Assembly: GCA_010015805.1 (NCBI GenBank)
Contig: ML978123.1
Location: 1,116,001-1,180,000 of the forward strand
Reading direction: 5' to 3'
From: Rhizodiscina lignyota
Lineage: Eukaryota
DNA: 64,000 nt
The notes under the pieces were generated by a model. That model saw nothing but the letters and a program-made list of their open reading frames with translations, was not told where the DNA came from and did no database searches. Below are positions 12,795 to 22,009 of the stretch, piece after piece. Every line of letters begins with the position of its first letter. Within the stretch, counting starts at the first letter, position 1. A program made the translations under genes and the position numbers.

Positions 12795-13736
12795 CTACTC
12801 TTGGCTGCAACTAGTTTTGCATGTTGGGCTACCTGCTGGCTTGATGGACAGGTGCTGATGCGGCGCCCCATGACTGATGAAGTTACCATCTCCACCTTCA
12901 GATCTCCGCTCGAGATCATCATCTCTTACAGCTACACGAGGAACATGACGGCTGCCGATGACAATGCCGTTTCTGGCGTCGTCGCCCGCTTCTGCGACAG
13001 GCCTCTTGCGCCTCTCCAAGATCGTGTTCCTGCCCTTCTTTGTTGGCACCTCATCAGCCATACGCGGATGTGGATCAAGCTGGTCTCTCGCGACACGCCA
13101 AGATCCCTTCGGATTGTCGATCGTGTCATCCTCTGCTATATTCTCATTGGATCTCTTGTGCCCCTCTAGCGGCAGCTCCCTCTTCTTCTTCACGGACGGC
13201 CCGTCTGCTGCACGCGGATATGGGTCGATCTCATCTCTCGCAACGCGCCAACCTCCTCTCGGGCCGTCGCTCGTGGCCACCGTTTTCGCAACGGGTCTCT
13301 TGCGCCTCTCTAGCATCGTGTCCCCTCTCTTCCCTATAGATGCCGAGCTTGCTGCACGTGGATGCTGGTCAAGCTCGTCCCTAGCAACGCGCCAAGTTCC
13401 ATGGGGTGAATCGATCGCGTCATCATTCGCCGTATTTACAACAGGTTCCTTGCGCTTCTGCGGCGTCGTTTTCTTCCAGGGTGTCTCAGGCTTCGGGTCG
13501 CGCCGGTCGAAGTTCAACTCTGGACCTGGGTCGGGGACAGGAATAGTGGAAGAAGACGCGTCCTCGGGCTCTACAGGCGGACGTATCGGGCCAGCCACAG
13601 GTCAGCATCGCTCGGGATGTTGTTTGCAGAACGCTTGGATGGGCGTCAAGTTGGAACCAGGTGGTGTGCCTGGGTCCGCACTGGCTGCTGAGAATGTGAG
13701 CAGGGAAGTGAGAGAATAGAGAACTATTGAACGCAT
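12795..13736 (-). CDS. Secreted Kex2-processed repeat protein (KEP)-like precursor interrupted by one in-frame TGA (13604-13602); readthrough, splicing or pseudogene status unresolved
   Basis: ATG 13736 (ACT-ATG) encodes signal peptide MRSIVLYSLTSLLTFSAASA. The ORFs 13602-13784 and 12795-13598 are in the same frame, separated by TGA-CCT. Three ~48-50 aa repeats contain DxPxGxWRVARD and are flanked by KR/RR/RRKR sites. Confidence 0.7.
12990..13430 (-). repeat. Three degenerate coding tandem repeats (~144-150 nt period)
   Basis: Plus-strand cores encoding WRVARD at about 13081-13107, 13231-13256 and 13374-13400. Confidence 0.85.
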
Positions 13737-14484
13737 AGTGTCAGAAGCTCTGGTGAGCGGTGGAAACCGTAGAATTGGGAGCAAACGATAGAGCTTTGGC
13801 GGGAAGCTCTCATGCTATAAGTACCGCTCCTCGTCGTAGAAATAGCAAACTAGCTCGGCGATACCATTTCGTGTCCGTACCACAGGAAGGCTGTACAAAA
13901 TGCCGCCTTGAGTCATAGGGCTGCTCAGCTGCTGGCCTTCATGGATATGTAGCGGCCGGTGAAGCGAGACATTGAACTGCCAAGATGGTCCAGAGCAGTG
14001 TGCTCAGCTTCAGGGTCACACAAGCGGAGATCTCCAGACAGGTCGAAATCAAGGAGACTCAGCAATGGAACACAAGCACGAGGAAGTGGCATCCTCGAGT
14101 ACGTAAAATTTAAGCACCACTGGGTTGAAAAAGAGCTGAGGTGAAGTTGATTTATAGGGAATAAGCACATGACCTGCTGAGCGTAATGCTACAGGTAAAA
14201 GAAACCTTCCGGCCGACGTATGCATGGCGCGAAGCATCCTCGTAATGATTTGCTCCAAGCTCTTCATGAAATGCAAAACGCCATACATATGAGAACACTC
14301 AGGATGACCACCCAACGTTTCAGAGCATATCCCTCGTTGTGCACGTGCCATTGGAGCTTGATGATTTTGATATTCCCGCCCATTTGTGACCTCAAACGCC
14401 AATCTCAAAGTGGAGTCCATTCCATCAAATGTCAGTTCCAATCGTGGAAGAAGGGTATCAGTCCCAGTTTCGGACTCTGTATCC

Positions 14485-15921
14485 TCACGCTTTGCCCAAG
14501 ACTTCGTCGAGTTTGTTCAACCACCCTTGCAGGTCCTTGACTACCTCCTTCCTGCGTTGTCTCGCCTCGCTCTCGCCTTCGACCTCGATAGCATCCACTT
14601 TGAGCATATATTGACCCATGATCGTCTCGCTTAGCTTCTTATACTCAAAATCTCTCTTTGCCTTGTCCGCTGGTGGGTGTTCGACAAACGTCGAACAGAG
14701 CGGAGCCAGTGTGTGTCGAAACTTCGTATCGAGCACGTTGATCTTGTCGAGGGGCGTCTGTGGGGTAGCGGTGGCAGTTGATGCAGGCGTAGATGTGGTT
14801 GAACGAGGAATCGCAGAGGGAGGAATGAATGTTGACGTTCCAGTTGGAGGAGGTGTAGCATAACCATTTGCCTCGGATTGTCGGCTAGCCGGCTTCTTCT
14901 TCTTGCTCCTGCGCTTCTTGCGCTTCGGCGCGCCGTCTGCGGTACTACACGTATCATCGACACCGTCTACTTCTTCTTCTTCGTCATCGCTCTCGTCTTT
15001 TGACGGAGGGGCGGGAACAGTGTCGTTGCCTATGACGCATAGCAGTTCACTCTCGCGGTCCGATGAGAGACCCTCTTCGCGTGCCAGGCGCATATCGTCC
15101 TTGAGGTTTCGCCCTTTATAGAACAACTTCACCATTTTCGGATCGCTACCCGCCTTTTTCGCTGCTGCTGCACGAATGCCGCCTATTCGGAGCTCTCCGC
15201 GGTCGATCGAGAAGGCTGGAAAGTGGACGATGTATCGCTCTCTCCTGTGTTTGAGGATCAAGACATCCGTCTCTGTATCCTTTCTACTGCTCTCGTAGTC
15301 GCGGCTATGCTTGTGCTTGTGGTGGTGATGTGAGCTTTGCGGTCTTTCTTCACCGTCTTCATCGTCATCATCGCCATGACTCCTCTCAACGGCGTTCCGC
15401 TTCAGGTCTTCGGATGTGATGTAACTGAACGCTCCGTCGGAGACTTCTCCTCCATTCGCTGGTGAGCGGGTGAAGGGAGAAAGACGAGAGGGCCACAAGT
15501 TGCCTCCCCACCGAGACCAGGAGGACATCCTGGTGTTTCTGCGAGTGTGGAGGTTAGAGAGGAAGGAGGTGAGGAGGAATACGGCGAGTAGTGTAGGAAG
15601 GAGAGTTCGTAGGTCGAAGGTCGATAAGGAATCAAGGTAACGCGTGAGGATATTGTTCTCGCTAAGAGATTCGGGTCCGCGGGGTTCAGCTGAAGTGTTG
15701 ATAAATCGTGATAGAGAGGACACTCGTGCGCTTAAGGCGGAGAGGAAATTGGTGGGGCGGGCGTTTGTGGTTATATTGGTGGACTCGAACAGTTGCGTAA
15801 GGCGACGAATCACGGATATGGCCGAGTCAAAGGTCGAATCCTCCTGGCCTGATGGCGGAGGTGCAGGGCTTAGATATTTGGTGACCGCGCTATACAGGCT
15901 GGAGGCGTGTGTCGACGCCAC
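14485..15921 (-). CDS. BAG-family Hsp70 co-chaperone (ubiquitin-like domain plus C-terminal BAG domain); first ATG at 15528, probable upstream GTG start at 15921
   Basis: UBL-like segment (VKLFYKGRNLKDD). BAG domain with FEYKKLSETIMGQYMLKVDAIEVEGESEARQRRKEVVKDLQGWLNKLD. Intronless ORF. Confidence 0.9.
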   Translation of the reverse strand: MASTHASSLYSAVTKYLSPAPPPSGQEDSTFDSAISVIRRLTQLFESTNITTNARPTNFLSALSARVSSLSRFINTSAEPRGPESLSENNILTRYLDSLSTFDLRTLLPTLLAVFLLTSFLSNLHTRRNTRMSSWSRWGGNLWPSRLSPFTRSPANGGEVSDGAFSYITSEDLKRNAVERSHGDDDDEDGEERPQSSHHHHKHKHSRDYESSRKDTETDVLILKHRRERYIVHFPAFSIDRGELRIGGIRAAAAKKAGSDPKMVKLFYKGRNLKDDMRLAREEGLSSDRESELLCVIGNDTVPAPPSKDESDDEEEEVDGVDDTCSTADGAPKRKKRRSKKKKPASRQSEANGYATPPPTGTSTFIPPSAIPRSTTSTPASTATATPQTPLDKINVLDTKFRHTLAPLCSTFVEHPPADKAKRDFEYKKLSETIMGQYMLKVDAIEVEGESEARQRRKEVVKDLQGWLNKLDEVLGKA

Positions 15922-16638
15922 GGTGGAGGGAGATGGAAGAGAGAAAGGGTTGAGTAAGCGTCCGCTGAAGCAGCGGGAATATTCGTGTGCTTGTGACGGA
16001 AGCTATTTAAAGGTGATTGCATGGAGGAAGGCTTTGTGGACTGGCGTAATGTTTGATGACGAAGGAGCGGTGTCTTTGGGCAAAAGTCGCAAAGGGTCTT
16101 CGTTAGTGCGGCGCTGGTTGACGTCGTGCCATCAGCAGCAGTGAAGAGCCCTGAGGCTTGGCGATCAGATCCCGTCTCGCCGAAGCGGCCGATTCCCGAA
16201 TGACTGCCGTCGATCCCCTTTTCGCACGACATATCCGCCTCTAGATTGTTGGGCGCTTTTCGAGCAGTTCAACAACTTCGAATCGATCAAGTACGCGTCA
16301 CAGCGGCTCCATTTGGCACGGAAAATTTGTGTACAGCCGTACGCGGCATATCTCCCATCAGCCTGATGACTACCAACACCATTTTCGATACATTGGACGA
16401 AAAGAAAGCATTATGAAAACAAGTGGAGTAACTTGATAAGTGTGTCCCCAAACAGCAGTCCAGCAGATCCAACGTGAAGAGCCAGGGGACGTCAGCTCCT
16501 CTCGCAACCTCTACCGCATCGTATTCATGACGAAACGCTGTCGTGGCGGCTCATATAGTCGTGGACAAAAGGAAAATAAAAGTGTGGGTGATGCAACAGA
16601 AGTGAAAATGATCAAGCAATCTCAGCCACGCCGTCCGT

Positions 16639-18826
16639 TTACTTCCTCGTCTTTGGCGTAGCCAGCATGTTCAGCCTTGCTATCGTCAGTCCGTTTCCCC
16701 TCTTCTTATCCTTGTCCTTTTCCCTGTGTTTGTCCTGTCGGAACATAGCGAGCCTGCTCGCCGACTTGGTCGGAGTCTTCGCCCTGGTAGCTGCAGTCTT
16801 CTCCTTGTCTGCATCAGTAGCACTCACAGTCGCTCTCATCTTCTTGCTGGGCCGATCCTCGAGGTCTTGACCACGAGCGAACTCGGCCTTGTTCTCCTTC
16901 TCCGACTCCTCATCATCTTCTTGCAAGTCTTCAAGCTTGCGCTTCTTCTGAGGAGAGAGGGGAATTGCGCCAGAACCCGCAGATGTCGGTGGAGTAAAGA
17001 CGTCGCTGTTGCGCACACGCCTGATCGTCGACGCTGCCGTTTGTGCTGCAAAGGATGGCGCACTACCCGCACGGAATGTGAAATCTCCAAAAGTGGAGGA
17101 TGGTGCGGGACCAATTGTCTGCCGACGGTGTTGAAGAGACTTCGGCACCGCTTTTGGACGCGTGGTTGCCTTTGTAGTTGGAAACTCGGCAGACGTTGCA
17201 AGGGAAGGATACTCGACAGTGTTATCACCCGGAGACTTAAGAGAATCCGTAGTCATAAATGCCTCAGTAGACTTGGCAGTGGTCGGTGAAGCTTCTTCGT
17301 CGAGCTGCTTCGTGCTCTCAGTAAACTCAACATGTTTCATGACCGGAGCAGTCGCAGGAGCGGCTTGTGGGAGCATCGACTTGCGCTTTGGAGTCGGCAG
17401 ATGTGTGCCCGCCGCGACTTTAGAAGGATCATCAGAGTAGAGACGAGTTGGTCCTTGTCGAAGGATAGACTTGAGGGAAGGAGATTTCATGAGCTTGGTT
17501 GGTGAAGGAGAAGAACGGTCCGGCTCATTCGACAGCATCTTTGTAGAGATATTCTTGACCGAAGGAGAACGGGCAAGAATTGGAATTGAAGTCTTAGTTT
17601 TGAGAGTCTTCGCACTCTGGCTACGCGCAATGGACGACTTGGTCGGAGTAGTGAGAGTGGAGAGGGGAATCGGAATGCCAGACTTGATACGGTATTTGCC
17701 TGTTGTCTGAGGCGTGTTCGGCTTGTTGTCCATAACATCGGAGCTATCCTGCCAAGAAGCGCGCGCCGTAGAGACGTCAGCACTCTCGCTGTGCTTGACC
17801 CGCTTCGTCGGACTTCGAAGCGATGTGTCGCGCGAAGGAATCGGAGTGAACAAGGTCTTGCCAGGGCCTTGCTTCATCGGCGTATCGAGGTCGGCCTTAG
17901 AGTGAGAGCGTTTCAACGGCTTATTTGGTCGATCAACTGTCATCGGTGCATCGTTGTAGAAGCGGTTTGGATCCGCTCGGAATGAAGATGGGTGATTGGC
18001 GATTGAGTCCATCTTGCCGAACTGCTTCTTGTGCGCGTCACTGAATCGGCCCTTGGGCTTCGCAATTTTACGGCCACCAAGCGTATCAGTCATTCCAAAG
18101 ATTGGCTGGTTCTCTGCTTGTAGGTCTCGAGCTTCCTGCTTCTCTTTGGCTGCAACCATTTTCGCTCGAATCTTTGCTGCTTCTCCACGAGTCTCTTCCA
18201 TGAGGCGACGAGCTTCCGGACTAAGAGCGGATTCAACGGATGGCTGGTGTTGGAAATCAAACTTGAAATCCGGTGAGAGGAAGGATGTTTTCTTGACACT
18301 CTGTGTTGCGCGGGTGGGGGTTGCTTGAGCAACAGCGAGGTCGTCCGTCAACTCACGCGAACACTTCTTGGGAGGTTCAGTTTGTGGTACCATTGGCATG
18401 AATCCGAGCCAGCGAGCCTCTTCGAGAGGTTTTGTAGTCGACTTTTGGTGTTGAGATGGGTGCATCTCACTGGGCGCTGGGAGAATAGACGACTTCGCCT
18501 TTGGTGTCCAAGGTACGAGACCGCCCAGCAGGGACGAGAAGGGATTCTTAGAAGATGTTGGAGGGCGAATCCGACCGCCATCTTTGCCTTTAGTTGGAGT
18601 TGAGATGGCCTGATCCTCCGTTACGGTAGTAAGCTTTGAAGGAGTCGCATTTGGGGTGCTCGCAATCGCGTCGGCACGAAAAGCGCCAGGAGGCTGTCAA
18701 GAATGTCAGTTAGCTACTGATATATTCATCATCTGAGAGCATATAGCAAAGTCATGTATTCATTACGATAGAACGTACTTGCGGTGTGCTGCCCTGCAGC
18801 CGCGACGAACGCCTCGTCGACACCAT
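16639..18826 (-). CDS. Basic, disordered Ser/Thr/Pro-rich conserved fungal protein; candidate NuSAP-like microtubule-associated protein; 1 intron (18694-18778)
   Basis: Exon 1 MVSTRRSSRLQGSTPQ, GTACGT donor, GCTAAC branch site and CAG acceptor join in frame to the 608-aa ORF. Contains block GRFSDAHKKQFGKMDSIANH, a KEN box and many S/T-P-x-K/R sites. The gene model is secure; the function is inferred. Confidence 0.8.
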
Positions 18827-19006
18827 GGTAAACAGATGCAATCAAATAAAGCCTTCAAGGCAGAATGGAAGAGAGGAAGGTTTCGGTGAATGGCCAAATT
18901 GCCCACGACTTCACCAGAAGCAAGGAGGATTGTAGTGGAAATGCTTCGTGGGTGGTGGATGAAGTGAGGTTGGGTTTGTTATTGGCTGTCGTCAGGTAAA
19001 CAGATG
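18827..19006. promoter_or_regulatory. Two identical 12-mers GGTAAACAGATG containing the forkhead core GTAAACA
   Basis: Exact copies at 18827-18838 and 18995-19006, upstream of the ATG at 18826. Confidence 0.45.
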
Positions 19007-19894
19007 AGTCTCCACAAGTCTTGGCAATGGCCCCACTTTTTTGCACGCGACACTGCGCTTAATGTGCCTCCGCGCACTAAAAGTCTATTTCAAGCTCGTC
19101 CCATCTTGCACCCTTCACCACCACATCACTGCCCAGAGCTGCATTTTGAGGGTGGATGAGTGGTCGAAGTATTTACTATCAGACTCGTACTTGTTTTCTG
19201 GGCTCCCCGCGCATCTACATAATACGACGATCGTGGAACCATGGGCCCTCCCTGCGCCCAGAATCTGAATGGCCTGCACCTCCTGATCGTATGATGGCGA
19301 TGTCATCTCTGAGAAGAATATAGGAACCTCTTGATGGTTTGGGCCTTGGAGTACTGTACGATGTGCCGTTTCTCGCAGTGATGGCGAGTGCACGAGGACA
19401 GAAAATGGGGGATCCAAGGAGAACGTATAACCAACTTCCACATATGTATTTCTCTTCCTGCTCTCTGATCTGTTCATACGGCTATGACTTTTCTGTCGTA
19501 ATCAACGTCGATCTTATCTTGCGCAAAAACTTTCCAACATGGCATACTTCGATATTTCAAATATTCACTGTAAGTTATCATCACGCAGATCAGCCGCTTA
19601 GCTGCGGATTTCTGAGTTGTACATGACCTTGGCGAAATAGCAAGGCCTCCGTAACTTGTGTGTTGCAAGCGGATCACTCGCCAGCATTAATATTCACGTG
19701 CTCATCTAGATAATTCAATTCCTCTCGCCAGAAAGAGAAAGGTCCGAGATACGTGCCGAAGTGTTCCTAGCGCACTTTAAGTGTATATGCATACACTTAA
19801 AGCCTTTCCAGCTTCCTTTCTACCCCAAGAACATTCTCTTCCTCATAACCCTCCACCTCTTCTCATCCTTTCATAAGAGACCTCGCTCGCCAAG

Positions 19895-21703
19895 ATGAAG
19901 TGGTCTCTCCTTCTAAGCTCCTACGTCCTACTACGTGCTCAAGTCTTAGCGGCGCCAGCAGTCACTTCAGCAAATAGTACAGACACCTTCGACTATGTGA
20001 TTGTTGGTGGTGGCACGGCAGGACTGACTCTCGCCTCGAGGCTTAGCGAGAACTCCAGCGTGACGGTAGCCGTCATTGAAGCCGGCACCTACTACGAAAT
20101 CGTCGATCCCGAGCTTGCGATTCCGGATGCTGATGCCAAATACGTTGGCGCCGATGTCACCGATATCAATCCGGCGGTCGACTGGGGCTTTATCACCACT
20201 GCACAAGAAGGCGCAAATGGGCGAGTGATTCACTATACTCGTGGCAAATGCCTGGGCGGCTCGTCTGCCAGGAACTTCATGGTCTATCAGCGAGGGACTT
20301 GCGATTCATATCAGGCTTGGGCCGATGCCGTAGATGACCAGAGCTACACTTTCGAGAACCTGCTTCCGTACTTCAAGAAGAGTGTTAGCTTCACTTCACC
20401 AGAAAGCCCGCCGAGAGCTTCGAATGCTACCACGTACTACAGCGCCTCTGCGTTCGATGCAAGTGGCGGCCCTCTTCATGTGTCTTATCCTAATTACGCC
20501 GGGCCATGGTCGAGTTGGATGAAGCTTGGACTCAACGCCATTGGCATCGACGACGCAGAGGACTTCAATTCTGGCACACTCATGGGCGCACAGTACTGTT
20601 CCAGCACGGTCAACCCTCTCACGCAGACGCGAGACTCTTCAGAAAGCTCTTTCCTAAAAACCGCAGAAAACCGCACGAATTTGAAGGTTTTTGATTTTAC
20701 TCTAGCTAAGAAGATTATCTTCGACGACAACAAGCATGCTACTGGCGTACTTGTTAACTCCAGCACAATCATCAAAGCAAACAACGAAGTCATCCTCAGC
20801 GCCGGTGTATTCCAATCCCCTCAGCTCCTCATGGTGTCCGGAGTTGGACCAGCTGCGCTTCTGAAGCAGCACAACATCACAGTCATTGCAGATCGTCCAG
20901 GAGTTGGCCAGAACATGACCGATCACCTCGCCATGGGCCCTACCTACCGCGTTAACGTCGTCACTGGAACGCGCATTGTCAATGATTTGACTTTCGCACT
21001 GGAAATTCAGCAAGAGTACTTCGCGAATCAAACTGGTCCACTTACCACTACCAACTGTGACTATCTCGGCTGGGAGAAGGCGCCTCGAGATCTGATATCT
21101 TCCGACGCTGCCTCCACGCTCAATGCTATTCCACCAGATTGGCCAGAACTCGAATACATTTCTTCTCAGGGCTACGTCGGCAACTTCAGCAACCTACAGA
21201 ATCAACCAAACGACAGTTACCAATACGCTTCCATCTTGGCCACTCTCGTCGCGCCTCTGTCTCGTGGTATCGTCCTCATCAACTCAGCCGACGCTGCAGA
21301 CCCCCCGCACATCAACCCCAACTGGCTGACGCACCCCACCGATGTCGCCGTCGCCATCGCCGGCTACAAGCGTGCGCGCCAGGCCTTCAGCTCGACTGTG
21401 TTATGGCCAGTCCTTGCGGATCCCGTGGAGTACTTCCCCGGTCCCGATGTGCAGACCGACGAGGAGATCCTCAGCGTGATCCGAGACACTATGATGACGT
21501 TTTGGCATGCAGCCTGTACATGCCGGATGGGCAGGCGTGATGATCCTAACGCGGTGGTGGACAGTGCTGCGAAGGTGATTGGCGTTGGAGGTCTGCGTGT
21601 TGTGGATGCAAGTGCTTTCGCGCTCTTGCCGCCAGGTCATCCGCAGGCTACGATTTACGCACTTGCGGAGAAGATCGCCTCAGATACTCTGGCCGGAAAT
21701 TAG
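19895..21703 (+). CDS. Secreted GMC oxidoreductase (AA3; PatE/versicolorin B synthase-like clade), intronless
   Basis: Signal peptide, DYVIVGGGTAG, RGKCLGGSSARN and EVILSAGVFQSPQLLMVSGVG. Catalytic His pair in FWHAACTCRMG and PPGHPQATIYALAEK. Confidence 0.95.
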   Translation: MKWSLLLSSYVLLRAQVLAAPAVTSANSTDTFDYVIVGGGTAGLTLASRLSENSSVTVAVIEAGTYYEIVDPELAIPDADAKYVGADVTDINPAVDWGFITTAQEGANGRVIHYTRGKCLGGSSARNFMVYQRGTCDSYQAWADAVDDQSYTFENLLPYFKKSVSFTSPESPPRASNATTYYSASAFDASGGPLHVSYPNYAGPWSSWMKLGLNAIGIDDAEDFNSGTLMGAQYCSSTVNPLTQTRDSSESSFLKTAENRTNLKVFDFTLAKKIIFDDNKHATGVLVNSSTIIKANNEVILSAGVFQSPQLLMVSGVGPAALLKQHNITVIADRPGVGQNMTDHLAMGPTYRVNVVTGTRIVNDLTFALEIQQEYFANQTGPLTTTNCDYLGWEKAPRDLISSDAASTLNAIPPDWPELEYISSQGYVGNFSNLQNQPNDSYQYASILATLVAPLSRGIVLINSADAADPPHINPNWLTHPTDVAVAIAGYKRARQAFSSTVLWPVLADPVEYFPGPDVQTDEEILSVIRDTMMTFWHAACTCRMGRRDDPNAVVDSAAKVIGVGGLRVVDASAFALLPPGHPQATIYALAEKIASDTLAGN

Positions 21704-21835
21704 AAAAATGGAGGCTTCAGATGTGGGCAGGCAGACAGGGGTCGAGGCTTCGTGAATTCATACATGAATGGGATCGGAGTTGGATGCCGTTGGAGTTGGA
21801 TTTTCATAACTGCTCCACTGCAGTTAAAAAAATTA

Positions 21836-21853
21836 AATTAAATCGATTTAATT
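21836..21853. repeat. Perfect 18-bp AT-rich palindrome AATTAAATCGATTTAATT between convergent genes
   Basis: Checked base by base; presents ATTAAA on both strands. Confidence 0.8.
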
Positions 21854-22009
21854 ACATTACCGAATTTCCTCGTCCATACAGACTCGTGAGTTCTGGTGTT
21901 TGCCGGCAATATGTAGCGTTGTGTCCTGTGAGGATGTGAAGGCTGTGGCCGTCGACAGCCTTCTGGAGTGCTCCGATACTTCAGCCCAAAAGCTGAAGAC
22001 ATTCTGCCA

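Noticed and set aside
13602..13604. Cys-UGA read as selenocysteine
   Set aside because: Dikarya are not known to have Sec machinery, no SECIS element was recognised, and the protein is not a redox fold.
12958..13719. 253-aa plus-strand ORF antisense to the repeat precursor
   Set aside because: Shadow of the repetitive minus-strand coding sequence.
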